This document shows, one piece after another, positions 46,050 to 55,945 of a DNA stretch of 64,000 bases (its first letter is position 1; each line of letters begins with the position of its first letter). A program made the translations under genes and the position numbers. The stretch is from IMG/VR virus record IMGVR_UViG_3300033978_000437, one strand, 5' to 3'. The notes under the pieces are model-generated. The model was given only the letters and a program-made list of their open reading frames with translations, was not told the DNA's origin and did not search any database. The stretch is from a virus.

Positions 46050-47255
46050 TTAACGGCGGGAACGTTCTAGAACTTCTTGAATGTAATCCCGCACATTTTT
46101 ATTAGCTGCACCTTTTTTAGCTGCTGCTTGTTTATAAGCGGCTTCAACTTCCATGTTAGGGGCAGCATTAGCCATCTCTGGAGGAGCACCACCGCCCATG
46201 GAAGGATCCATAGGAGAAGCGCCACCTTCACCACCTTCAGAACCTTGGCCGGCCATGGCCGCTTCTAGTTCTTCGGGAGAAATGCCAAGTTGGTCTAAAA
46301 CAGCTGCTAACTGCTCTACATCGTCGCCACCTTCGCCCTCTGGAGCTGCGCCACCGCCCATGGCACCAGCCATGGCAGCTTCGTCACCACCACTCGCAGG
46401 AGTCATACCACCAGCAGAAGGATCCATCTCTGGAGGCATTTCTTCGCCTTCAGCTTGCTTACGCAATTCATTTTGATAACTGTGTAAGTAAACTGCGGCT
46501 TTGTCTGCATCGTCATTAGCAGTCTTGATGATTTCGCTCAAAGTAGAATACACAAGGGAGTCAGCAGCTCGTTTATCGAACTGACCACTCAATAATCCTG
46601 CAAGTTCCCAGCCAGCTTGGCCAGCAAGATCTACTGCACCTTTTTCTTCCATTATGTCAGATGCAGAGTCAGAATCTGAATCAGATTTGCGGGCTTCTTC
46701 GTCATCATCGTGGAATTCTGCGTTCTTTGTCAAAGAGACAAGAACACGGTTTCCAAGATCATTAGAAAGCTTGTGCAATTCTGCAGTGGACATAGATGCA
46801 TATTTATTGCCATCTAATTCACTATTGTCAGTGCTAGCAGGATGTGAAGTTTCCACATCGTCTTTTTCAGCTTTTACTGAAGAGGTTTCCACTGAAGGAT
46901 CCTCTCCGGTTGGTTGCTTATTCGTGCCAATCTGCAGCTGATCATCTGCAGCAGATCCAGTAGGATCCTTTTCAGCAGCCCACTTATTTGCAGAAGCTCG
47001 CTTCTTAGCTGCAGCTTTTTTAGCATTTTCAACAGATGCTGGGCCTTGGTCGGCCTTTACATCTGCTGTGTTTTCTGCAGAACGTGCACCTTCTGATGCA
47101 TCTTCTGTAGAATCATCCACGTCTTTCACAGGGTGGGTGGTTTCTCCGCCAATGCTGCCTGCTTCTGTATTAGCCGCTGCATTCTTTTCGGAATAACCAA
47201 CCGCCTTTAGAAAGCGATCAATAGAGTCTATTTGATTCTTAACTGTTGTCGCCAT
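46050..47255 (-). CDS. Putative capsid scaffolding protein
   Basis: Highly acidic, low-complexity, many KxA motifs, C-terminal basic helix VRDYIQEVLERSRR; located between protease and capsid genes. Confidence 0.65.
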   Translation of the reverse strand: MATTVKNQIDSIDRFLKAVGYSEKNAAANTEAGSIGGETTHPVKDVDDSTEDASEGARSAENTADVKADQGPASVENAKKAAAKKRASANKWAAEKDPTGSAADDQLQIGTNKQPTGEDPSVETSSVKAEKDDVETSHPASTDNSELDGNKYASMSTAELHKLSNDLGNRVLVSLTKNAEFHDDDEEARKSDSDSDSASDIMEEKGAVDLAGQAGWELAGLLSGQFDKRAADSLVYSTLSEIIKTANDDADKAAVYLHSYQNELRKQAEGEEMPPEMDPSAGGMTPASGGDEAAMAGAMGGGAAPEGEGGDDVEQLAAVLDQLGISPEELEAAMAGQGSEGGEGGASPMDPSMGGGAPPEMANAAPNMEVEAAYKQAAAKKGAANKNVRDYIQEVLERSRR

Positions 47256-47296
47256 TTAAAAATACTCCTTACAAAACGGCACCGAGTTTCGATGAC

Positions 47297-48775
47297 CTAG
47301 TTAAATATTCGATTCTGACGCAGACTTAACTTAACTGTTGAGGTAAAGTCATTGTCTGTTGCAGCTAGCCTCCACAATCCTGCTAGCTTATACATTGCAT
47401 ATTCTTTGGCTAGGCTTTCACCTTCCAAATTACATGCAGCTGCTTTTTGACGAATCACAGGGGCAGCCTGCCCCCGGATACAACTCAAGAAACTTCGGTC
47501 TTCAACCGCAGATCGATGAAGCGAATGACTCGCAGTCAAAGTAGCGGCGAATGCCTTAGAACTTTCATTAGCTGTCTTGTCAATAAATGAACATGCACCA
47601 CGTTCAATCTCAATAGGCAAAGATTCATCCGCAGCCATTCTTGTATATATTTCTGGAAGTATTAAAGCTGCAGATTTCATATGCTCTTCGTGTCCTGCCA
47701 ATCGTGCATAATCAAATAATGTTAAAAATATTTTATTATCTGCCAACGCAGCTAACTGTTTGCTGCATTGCTCCGAACCTAGTTTCGCCAGCCTTTCTAT
47801 AGGGAAAGCTGAGGTTGCTACCGCTCGATAAGTACCAGCATCTCCCATCTCAGCAAATTTTTCAAGAGCAGCTAGCCCATATCCTAATTTAACTTGAGCA
47901 GTATTTTTCTCTGACCATAAACCATTTCTTCCCGATTGATAAAGAATTACATCCAGCGGAGCGGTAGAGGCAGAAGCCAACTTAATATAATCTTGCAATT
48001 CAAATATGCCGGAATCTGCTGCAGCTTTTGTTAAGTAATCCGCCCTAGCCCCATAAGCAATACGATCCGCAGGCCGAAATACTCGGCTAATATCGAACCA
48101 TACAGGGTTAGGATTGTCTACATGTAGGTGATGCACATCGCTGCCTACTTTTACTAATCTAGTAAGATTATCCTTACAGCCACCTGCTGCACACTTTTCT
48201 CTTGTGCAGTATTCCTCCCTAGTCTTAGCTGCGTGTTTGCAGAAGGAACAAACATCATGAGGAACACGGCAAGCCATGCTCACTGGAATGTCATCTCCCT
48301 TTGCAATCTTTTCTAATTCTGTGTCTGCAACAAAACCACCATTTCGATCTGCTGCAGATTTACTAGCATTCAACGCACAAAGCAACTCCACTCGACGCAT
48401 ATCTTCGTTGTAGGCAGAAGCTTTAACAACCCCATAGAAAGGGTCGCCTCGTTCTGCTTTGTTTTTATGATTGCGGAAGAACTTGGCAAATTTAACAAAG
48501 GTAGCATGATGATCTCGGCAAGTGGCTTCTTTAAAACCATCACCATTGCGGTTAGGGCCATAAGCTTCACTAGCACCTAATGCAATCAAATGCACAGGAA
48601 CCTCATCTTTGGCAAACTTGACATTGTCTAACTGAGGTAAGAAGGTATGACTAGCCCGCTTTAAAAAATCTTGTCGATCATTACCAATCAACCCACGACT
48701 GCTCACCTTGATCGGTGAAACGATTTGTTCTGCAAAATCCCAACCAGACGGAGAAACAAATTTAATCAGTGCCAT
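47297..48775 (-). CDS. Putative prohead (capsid maturation) protease
   Basis: NRNGDGF, FFRNHKNK (candidate His), RRVELL, PVSMAC (candidate Ser) followed by a CSFC...C...C cluster; upstream of scaffold and capsid genes. Confidence 0.65.
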   Translation of the reverse strand: MALIKFVSPSGWDFAEQIVSPIKVSSRGLIGNDRQDFLKRASHTFLPQLDNVKFAKDEVPVHLIALGASEAYGPNRNGDGFKEATCRDHHATFVKFAKFFRNHKNKAERGDPFYGVVKASAYNEDMRRVELLCALNASKSAADRNGGFVADTELEKIAKGDDIPVSMACRVPHDVCSFCKHAAKTREEYCTREKCAAGGCKDNLTRLVKVGSDVHHLHVDNPNPVWFDISRVFRPADRIAYGARADYLTKAAADSGIFELQDYIKLASASTAPLDVILYQSGRNGLWSEKNTAQVKLGYGLAALEKFAEMGDAGTYRAVATSAFPIERLAKLGSEQCSKQLAALADNKIFLTLFDYARLAGHEEHMKSAALILPEIYTRMAADESLPIEIERGACSFIDKTANESSKAFAATLTASHSLHRSAVEDRSFLSCIRGQAAPVIRQKAAACNLEGESLAKEYAMYKLAGLWRLAATDNDFTSTVKLSLRQNRIFN

Positions 48776-48787
48776 AGTTATTCTCCA

Positions 48788-49909
48788 TTACTGCATTGTG
48801 TTAGCTGTTTGATCGGGCATGACTAGTGCATTTAATACATCTTTAGCACTGTTGCGATTTGCATCACCTTGTCTGTAGTGGTTACGTATGATTCCGCTTC
48901 CAACGCCCCAACCACCAGCTAACAATCCTAGTAAACCTAATTTCCCAGGTCGTAGCTTCCCGAGTGCATTACGCATCCCCGTTACTTTAGAGGCTTCTAT
49001 AATTTCTTTAGCTGCTGCATCGCCCATGGCCGATTGTAATTTAGTGTTCAACAAACCTGGAGCTACACCTGGAATTAAACTTTTAGGCAACATTGCCCTA
49101 ATCTCATCAACGGTTAAACTAGCTGGTTTTCCCGTACTCGGAAACACCTTCTGAAATCGAGCAGTGTCTATTAGAGGGGGACCGGAAGTGCCAGCGGCAG
49201 ACCCCTTAGGAGGCGGTCCTAAAGTTTGCAATCTTGCACTTATGTTTTCTGCAGCTGCGGTAGGATCATATACTCCCTTAGCGGCTACATAAGCCCCAGC
49301 CCCACCAGCTGCCGCTGTGTTTAGCCCATGTGCAGTGTAGTTGACAATTTCTGGCATACTACTTTCTGCGGTGTTTTGTAATTCGTTTATTTCATTTAAT
49401 TGTTCAGCTGGTGACTTGCTTTTAATGTGAGCGGCTATTTGTCTGGATTTAGAAGCATCAGGAGGAAGGGCAGAAGTTAGCCCAGGCTTTTTTTCAAAGT
49501 GTAAAGCTTTGCCTAGTGCATCCGGATTAAATGCCAACCCAAGACCACCACCTAGCGCACCACCAGCCAACCCACCTTGCAATGCTTTCCAGCCTGCACC
49601 TTCTTCGCCATTCAATAAAGCAGAGGCTCCGCCTGCACCTGCCCCAAGACCTGCTCCAGCTAGCCCAGATAGCAGAACATTACGAGTAGAGTCGTCCATT
49701 CCGCCAAATCCGGATTTTAAAGAATCAAGCAATCCAGATTCTGCAAGCTTTTCTATGTAGTCAGCACCGATATCTCTTAAAGGAAAAGAAGTAGCCATAG
49801 CCTCTTTGGACATACGCTGAATATGCCCAGAGTCTAAAGCTTGCTTCCTAGCAGCCAATAGCTGCAAACCTTGGGAATAAGTAATGTTACTTAGAGTTAT
49901 CGGTGTCAT
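48788..49909 (-). CDS. Putative internal head/ejection protein with glycine-zipper helices
   Basis: GLAGAGLGAGAGG, GGLAGGALGGGLG, GLLGLLAGGWGVGSG; IEKLAES motif. Confidence 0.5.
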   Translation of the reverse strand: MTPITLSNITYSQGLQLLAARKQALDSGHIQRMSKEAMATSFPLRDIGADYIEKLAESGLLDSLKSGFGGMDDSTRNVLLSGLAGAGLGAGAGGASALLNGEEGAGWKALQGGLAGGALGGGLGLAFNPDALGKALHFEKKPGLTSALPPDASKSRQIAAHIKSKSPAEQLNEINELQNTAESSMPEIVNYTAHGLNTAAAGGAGAYVAAKGVYDPTAAAENISARLQTLGPPPKGSAAGTSGPPLIDTARFQKVFPSTGKPASLTVDEIRAMLPKSLIPGVAPGLLNTKLQSAMGDAAAKEIIEASKVTGMRNALGKLRPGKLGLLGLLAGGWGVGSGIIRNHYRQGDANRNSAKDVLNALVMPDQTANTMQ

Positions 49910-51266
49910 TTTTTGCCTTTACTCTTTGTGCTTGGTTGGAAATATTAGAGTCACTTTGAGTATCTTTAAGACTTCCTTCCATTTTAAGCAATTCAGCAAC
50001 TTCGAAAGGTTCTGTGTTGCCTATCATACGCTTGTTCAACAATGGCCCAATACCCCCAGACTGATCGGCTAGACGAGGAGACAGCTGAACCATTTCATTA
50101 TATTTACTTAGCACATCCTCAGGATCATACTGACTTAAAGGGTTATCAGGATCACTCATTAACTGAGTAAGTACTGTCTGTGCCCTAATCTTACGCAGTT
50201 CATTTACATGCTCAGGGCTATCTAACTTATTTATTTGGCGTTCCACATCTTTGTCATGCTCGCCACCTACGCCCTCTGCTAGATTGCGTGCTAACCCAAA
50301 CCCAGCTCCGCTAGCAAACATACCTGAGGCCGTACCCCCTTGTTTTTCTCCCATAATATTAGAATGGAGAGGCAAACAAGGTTCGCTATTAGAGTACGGC
50401 TGGTAAAAAGAAGCTGTAAGCTCTTTGGCTTCTGCTAATTTAATTTCGGCTTTTTGCAAAGCTTCTGAAGCTTTGTAATAGTCTTTAGCTTGTTTTATCG
50501 TGGCATCGATTAAGGTGTAGGGTTCTTTTTTCCAATCTGCTTCTTGTTGAAACCCTGCCCAACTAGCTTTGTGATCTGATGCTCTTTTTTCTTTCGTAAA
50601 CTGCCCTGCAACATGGTCCATAAGCGACTTGCCTACAGCACCACGACAGACAGAAACTGCGTGTTCTACTTGTGCTAAGGGCAAGCGATCTTGAGCAAAC
50701 TTACGGAAGTAGCTTTCCAACAAATGAAGCTTAAGGTTTAGCCTATCTTCATTTGCTGACTTTTCTCGTCTAGCTTCTTCAGCCATTCGACGACAGTAGT
50801 CAAAGTTTGAATAGCTTTTTGCAATTTTATTGGTGGCATGTTCTGCTGCTGCTAGCGGGTGAGGTTCCACCTCTGCTGCTGATTTCTCTAATGTACTTAA
50901 ATCCATGCTAAGCAATTGCTGTCTTGCTTGCTCTTCATACGAAGCAAAAGTAGGAGGAAAAAAAGATACTGAAGCAACTTTCTCTACCTTTTGCCCCCAG
51001 ATCTGATCATGAACAGTAGCGTAGTCCGCTAGACTAAAACTAGCGAGCTTATCCAGCACGGAATCATTAGCGTTCCATTGTGCTAGCTGTCTCCCAGTAT
51101 TAAAAGCGTTGCAAGCTGCTTTTAAAAAGCCTGGGGAAAACTGCATATGTTTAGCTACCTTGTGCATGGCATCATTAGGCAGCATGTTTTGGTTATCCAC
51201 CAAATCCACGGCCATTTTAACGCCATCCAGTAGCTGCTGTTCGTCTGACTTACTTAGTGCTTGCAT
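49887..51266 (-). CDS. Putative internal head protein (helical)
   Basis: Start reassigned to ATG 51266 (SD GGAGGAG); DKLAS, EKVAS, EKSAA and EKRAS motifs. Confidence 0.55.
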   Translation of the reverse strand: MQALSKSDEQQLLDGVKMAVDLVDNQNMLPNDAMHKVAKHMQFSPGFLKAACNAFNTGRQLAQWNANDSVLDKLASFSLADYATVHDQIWGQKVEKVASVSFFPPTFASYEEQARQQLLSMDLSTLEKSAAEVEPHPLAAAEHATNKIAKSYSNFDYCRRMAEEARREKSANEDRLNLKLHLLESYFRKFAQDRLPLAQVEHAVSVCRGAVGKSLMDHVAGQFTKEKRASDHKASWAGFQQEADWKKEPYTLIDATIKQAKDYYKASEALQKAEIKLAEAKELTASFYQPYSNSEPCLPLHSNIMGEKQGGTASGMFASGAGFGLARNLAEGVGGEHDKDVERQINKLDSPEHVNELRKIRAQTVLTQLMSDPDNPLSQYDPEDVLSKYNEMVQLSPRLADQSGGIGPLLNKRMIGNTEPFEVAELLKMEGSLKDTQSDSNISNQAQRVKAKNDTDNSK

Positions 51267-52272
51267 TTTTTTCTGGCTCCTCCCGTTTGTAAACATCAAC
51301 ACCTGTATCGTGTTCCAATACGGGTAAATTAGTTCCAGCTGCGATCAAAATAGCTTCTTCTGAATTCAACTCAACTGGTCCCATATCATACTTACCAACA
51401 GGGGTTCCTTGATATAACTGTTCCCCGTTTTTCCCAATACTCCAAGGAATTTCTAACATCATTGCACTGACATTCTTCTCGAACTCATTGTGCCTTACTT
51501 CTTGGCTCTTATCCGATCTTTGCAATTCCATCAGCCTTACATGTGTGTTGAGCAATTCCATCACATTGTACTTGTTCACTTCAAACTGACCCGCTGCTTG
51601 TGCACTGCGGCGCTGTACTTGAAGAGTGAGCTGGCTGTTAAAGAACTCCGATAAATTATCTGTATTTAATACATGATTATTACGACGAAATCCACTAATC
51701 ATTACATCGCACACCAAGGGTCCGCCAAAATATGCAAAGAATTTTAAAGGTAAGTCTAACTGTGATCGCATAAGCCCAGCAGCGATAATTGGCTGAGATG
51801 CTTCATCACTGTCATGTGGTGCCTGCTCCACAAATCGGTCGGATGCGGGCAGAAGCACATTCTTTACAATCCAATCATGATGAGACAAGAAATCAGATAC
51901 ATTAAAGAATAATCGCTCATACCATTGGATAGTTTCAGGTATAGTTTTGCAATCATTAGCTATGCTCTCGATAGATGCCCCAGCTAGCAGTCTAGCCTCG
52001 ATCATCAATGTCAACTCAGGTTCAACAGCTAATCGGTCATACAAACTATAGGCAAAGTATAAGCCAGGGTTTTCATAGAGAAGCTTCTCTCTATGCCCTT
52101 CACCTTTGTTCCAGAAAAACAAGAACTTCTTATATTCTTGAATCCACTGATCATCAAATCGTTTACATCGCTCGGGAGGAACACTTCGAAGCATACGAAG
52201 TACCCGCTCATGCCTCCAGTAGGGGCGAAGAAATGGGTCAGCGAGGCGTACGTCCTTGTAACTTTTCAACAC
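51250..52272 (-). CDS. Helix-turn-helix-containing protein (possible DNA-binding or packaging protein)
   Basis: EARLLAGASIESIANDCKTIPETIQWYERLFF resembles an HTH. Confidence 0.4.
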   Translation of the reverse strand: MLKSYKDVRLADPFLRPYWRHERVLRMLRSVPPERCKRFDDQWIQEYKKFLFFWNKGEGHREKLLYENPGLYFAYSLYDRLAVEPELTLMIEARLLAGASIESIANDCKTIPETIQWYERLFFNVSDFLSHHDWIVKNVLLPASDRFVEQAPHDSDEASQPIIAAGLMRSQLDLPLKFFAYFGGPLVCDVMISGFRRNNHVLNTDNLSEFFNSQLTLQVQRRSAQAAGQFEVNKYNVMELLNTHVRLMELQRSDKSQEVRHNEFEKNVSAMMLEIPWSIGKNGEQLYQGTPVGKYDMGPVELNSEEAILIAAGTNLPVLEHDTGVDVYKREEPEKNASTK

Positions 52273-52278
52273 TAACTC

Positions 52279-53097
52279 CTAATCAACGCTATTAGTTTTG
52301 CAGGTGTAAGCAACTTCCCATCCCAACGCTATATTAGGATCTAGGGCATCCGCTGTAAATTCTAACCAGAGACCTGTATGGCGGCTTCGTAGATTGATGT
52401 CTTGGTTATCTTTGTTCTCATATCCACGATTTAAATCAAATGCTTGAAAAGTTGTTCCAGCAGTTACAGTGCCGGCATAGACTAGGCTAGTTGGTGGGGA
52501 AGTTCTTGGGTTAAATGGTGTTGTCTGCCATACCCCTGTAGTAATCGCAGCGGTTGAAGCAGCAGAAACGGAAACAGTTACAGCAACAGAAGAAGTTACG
52601 CTAGTGACTGTATATGTGGTGTTATATGCAGCAATATCGCAGTCTTTGATCGAAAATGAAGATCCTACTTTTAAACCATGTGCTGTGCTAAAAACTATAC
52701 TGGCCGGTGTGCTAATAGGGGTCGCTTCCCAATATTCTGTACCTGGGGCATAACCTGTATTTGGGCCAAGTAGCCTACGCCACAAAACACCAGCATAAGA
52801 TACAATGTCCCCAATACTGTAATCAGCGCCACCAGCATATTCCCCGAGAAAAAGATTACTAGTTACAGTTATTGACGAAACAGTTCCCGAGTTTTCCACA
52901 TTAAGATCAGTCAATCCAATACACGCAGATCTGCGGTCATAAACTTTGAAGGTACCGCTACCAGTATTACTTGCAGGGCTAGTCTGCGTAATAATAAAGC
53001 GGTCCAGCGTTCCATAAGATGGAGCAGGGAGTTCCAAAGTTTGGATCGCATTTGAGTTGCCAGAAAATGCAACCACACGAGAATATTCTGAAGCCAT
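52279..53097 (-). CDS. Virion surface protein with CBM5/12-like carbohydrate-binding insert
   Basis: DYSIGDIVSYAGVLW...TGYAPGTEYW; TAHGLKVG...YNTTYTVTSV beta-barrel-like segment. Confidence 0.55.
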   Translation of the reverse strand: MASEYSRVVAFSGNSNAIQTLELPAPSYGTLDRFIITQTSPASNTGSGTFKVYDRRSACIGLTDLNVENSGTVSSITVTSNLFLGEYAGGADYSIGDIVSYAGVLWRRLLGPNTGYAPGTEYWEATPISTPASIVFSTAHGLKVGSSFSIKDCDIAAYNTTYTVTSVTSSVAVTVSVSAASTAAITTGVWQTTPFNPRTSPPTSLVYAGTVTAGTTFQAFDLNRGYENKDNQDINLRSRHTGLWLEFTADALDPNIALGWEVAYTCKTNSVD

Positions 53098-53100
53098 GTT

Positions 53101-55632
53101 TTAGTTCCTTGAAACTTCGTCTAAGTTAATGTCACCTTTATCAAATGATGACTCAATAGTCTTCTCTTTCAAGAAGAGTGTAATATCACCAAGAGATTCA
53201 AAGGCATTCCGTAAACTATCTTCTAATTCTGGAAGATCACTTTTACCATATCTATCTTCAAATTCTTCTTGATGCCAGTAGAAATTCATCAACAACCGGC
53301 CTAGCGAATCCAAGGCTGCCATTAAGTCGCCCAAGTGGCGGTCTACCAGTGAATCTTGTCTTACTGTTTTTAACATACCTGCCATCATTGAAACATCAAA
53401 TACTTCTTTCTGACCATCTTTGCCAGCAGTTTGTGCTGATTGCAGATTTTGTTGAAAATCTTTAGCTTCAAAGTTCTGCCAGTTGTCCCACTTGGATCTA
53501 TTTGTATTCTTACCACTCATTGAGGGTATAGGTGAATTCTTTTCCGTAGGATAGCGAGTCAAGGCAGATGTGCTTGGCCCAAATGTCTCGCTACCACGAT
53601 CCCCAGAAGTGTCCGTATCAAGGGGGAACGAAGGACCTCCAGCTAACACACTAGTATTAGGTGCAGCTTGTTTCTCTGTGCCATAGCCAGCAGCATACAG
53701 CACACGATAAATTGCATGCCCTGACTTCTCTGCTTTTTGCAGCATATCCATAGCAACTTTTTCACGAAGTCCATGTGTGTCTACCAACCGGCATAATGCT
53801 GCTTTTTTGCTTAATTGAACGGCACCGATTACAGAGTCTAAGTACACATCGGTGCCGTTATTGAATATTTTGAGCCTAGCTGTCTTTTCAACTAATAAGC
53901 GTTTGATGTCAGATAAGCCACCTAACTTAATAGGATTTGATTCATCGTCAAAAGGTGAACAGCCACACCCACCAAAGATGCTGGAAGAAGAACCATCCGA
54001 CAATTTGATGAACTTGAAAGAAGCTGGCACACGAAGTTGCCCGGAGACAGGTCTAAGTCTAAGGCCGCTCTTATCTTCTTTGCCAATGATTAGAGTAGCC
54101 CCATAATTACTATTACTATTGAAAGAACTTATTAGATTAGCACCTGCTGCCATGCCCCGCCTAGAAGGAGCATACCGATCTTGTATCTTAGGCATCAGCT
54201 CGCTACGTGAAGCTGAATAATCTTTATTCGTGCGAAAATCTACTTTGTACTCACCATCACCCATGTCCGTAGTTACACGGAAAGGCGCAGTAGCCGAACG
54301 ACTGTAGTTTATAGCGATATATTCTGCATCCTCGTCTAAGTCTGTGTCAGAGGATAAGCCGTCAAACCAATCTTTCCATTCGTCTTTGTCCGAAACTTGT
54401 GTAGCAAAAACTGATGTGCTGTCGGCATTTAACCAGCTTTTATTAGCTCCATCCTTTTTATCTATCCGTACAACTGTGGTCATGGACTCTGCTCCACGAC
54501 TGCTGATACCATTCAAGACCACCAGCATTTTGCTAAATTCACCAGAGCTTTCTAAAACAGAATATAATTCAGTTTCAGAGGGGTTAGTGAGGCTAATATC
54601 ATTTTCAGTGGTGTAAAGCTTACTTACTTCTGTATCTTCTCTACGATCTTTGATGACTACTTTGCCTTGCAGCAATTTCTCTCGGTCTGAAGTGCCCAAA
54701 TCAGATTTGTTCGTAACCACCGATGCGGACATATAGATCTCTAACTTACCTTCTTTAATGTGATCGGTAATAGGCTGGGGCTGGGAGAGCGTACCCAGCA
54801 AGGTAGTAGGCACAAGTGTGACGGTAGTAGGCGTAGGAAGAATGCTGCTAGCCTGCTTGATTGTGTTACTTCGAAGTTCTTTAGCCCAGCGGGAAAAACA
54901 ATCAACACCATAAAAGTCACTAGTAGCTTTTTTAATGGTGGGATAGCGTTCTGCTAAGTCGTAAGCTGCTTCAAGTAATGCCAAGCTTTTAGGGAGCACT
55001 TGGTTAAAATCCAGATTTGAAGCTGTCTTTGCTAGCGCCGCTTCAAATGGCACTTGGACAACTGCCTTTTGATCCAACTTGCGATTACCTGCGCCACGAT
55101 ACAAGGATCCGGCAAATTTTACTTTGAAGGCGGCAAGCATAGGAAGCACAGGTGCTAGCCAATGAGAATCACTTGCGTGCTTGTTGCCTTGGGGCGAAAT
55201 AGACAAAGAGTTAATGTCAGGGGCAATGCCTCCGAGCTCTTGTAATTTGCCTACAGAAGGTTCTCCTAAAATATGAGGTTTCCGGCTCATAAGATAGTTG
55301 ATCCAATTTTCTTTCATTGGAACAAATGAATCATTATTTTTTATGTAGAGTAGCTCGTGTCCTTTTAAATCACCATTTAAGAAAAAGACAGGAGCATACA
55401 ACCACTGCTTACCGATTTGAAAGCCAAAAACACCAATAGCTTTAGTATTGTCTTCATTACGATCAATTAGCTGGAAGCCCAACATATAATCAAGAAGTCT
55501 TGGTGCCTTATCTTTTAGATAAGCATAGGCTAAGCTAGAGAAAGCTTGTTCAAATTCTGTTTCTCCTCCCTTACCGCCGATACTAGCATTCTTCAATAAA
55601 TTATTTTTTCTAGACATTTTCATGAGCCACAT
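53101..55632 (-). CDS. Large head-associated protein of unknown function
   Basis: 843 aa (start may be 55623); KNAS, KHAS, KTAS, KQAS and EKQAA motifs. Confidence 0.6.
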   Translation of the reverse strand: MWLMKMSRKNNLLKNASIGGKGGETEFEQAFSSLAYAYLKDKAPRLLDYMLGFQLIDRNEDNTKAIGVFGFQIGKQWLYAPVFFLNGDLKGHELLYIKNNDSFVPMKENWINYLMSRKPHILGEPSVGKLQELGGIAPDINSLSISPQGNKHASDSHWLAPVLPMLAAFKVKFAGSLYRGAGNRKLDQKAVVQVPFEAALAKTASNLDFNQVLPKSLALLEAAYDLAERYPTIKKATSDFYGVDCFSRWAKELRSNTIKQASSILPTPTTVTLVPTTLLGTLSQPQPITDHIKEGKLEIYMSASVVTNKSDLGTSDREKLLQGKVVIKDRREDTEVSKLYTTENDISLTNPSETELYSVLESSGEFSKMLVVLNGISSRGAESMTTVVRIDKKDGANKSWLNADSTSVFATQVSDKDEWKDWFDGLSSDTDLDEDAEYIAINYSRSATAPFRVTTDMGDGEYKVDFRTNKDYSASRSELMPKIQDRYAPSRRGMAAGANLISSFNSNSNYGATLIIGKEDKSGLRLRPVSGQLRVPASFKFIKLSDGSSSSIFGGCGCSPFDDESNPIKLGGLSDIKRLLVEKTARLKIFNNGTDVYLDSVIGAVQLSKKAALCRLVDTHGLREKVAMDMLQKAEKSGHAIYRVLYAAGYGTEKQAAPNTSVLAGGPSFPLDTDTSGDRGSETFGPSTSALTRYPTEKNSPIPSMSGKNTNRSKWDNWQNFEAKDFQQNLQSAQTAGKDGQKEVFDVSMMAGMLKTVRQDSLVDRHLGDLMAALDSLGRLLMNFYWHQEEFEDRYGKSDLPELEDSLRNAFESLGDITLFLKEKTIESSFDKGDINLDEVSRN

Positions 55633-55648
55633 TCCTCGATTGTATTAC

Positions 55649-55867
55649 TTACTGATTATTAGAGTGCATCTGCTGTCTAAGTAAAGAAAGGCGCGCATTT
55701 ACAATGGCATTACCCAAGGCTGCTGCCACCTTTTCAACATCCGTTTCTTCTTCCTCTAGTGGCGTTTTCTTTTTCTTTTTCTTCATGGTAGTTGGAGGCA
55801 ACAAGTATGCTGCAGCATATTTTATGTCAAGCCCACCAAGCAATGGTTTATTCCACATAATATTCAC
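55649..55867 (-). CDS. Small charged protein (K6 then E4 blocks)
   Basis: 72 aa; SD AGGTGA; IKYAA and EKVAA motifs. Confidence 0.5.
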   Translation of the reverse strand: MNIMWNKPLLGGLDIKYAAAYLLPPTTMKKKKKKTPLEEEETDVEKVAAALGNAIVNARLSLLRQQMHSNNQ

Positions 55868-55879
55868 CTAAATTTAAAA

Positions 55880-55907
55880 CTTGAAATTATTAGACTAGTT
55901 TAGCCAC
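55880..55907 (-). promoter_or_regulatory. Candidate phage promoter GTGGCT-N11-ATAATTTCAAG
   Basis: Matches 36408-36434; lies just downstream of the hairpin at 55914-55933. Confidence 0.5.
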
Positions 55908-55913
55908 ACAAGG

Positions 55914-55933
55914 GCTTGTACCGCAATACAAGC
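55914..55933 (-). terminator. Stem-loop after the beta'-C gene
   Basis: GCTTGTA-TTGCGG-TACAAGC; weak U-tract. Confidence 0.5.
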
Positions 55934-55945
55934 ACTCAACTAATA

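Noticed and set aside
53101-55632. Portal protein assignment for the 843 aa ORF
   Set aside because: No recognisable portal features by eye and no adjacent terminase; left as an unknown head-associated protein.
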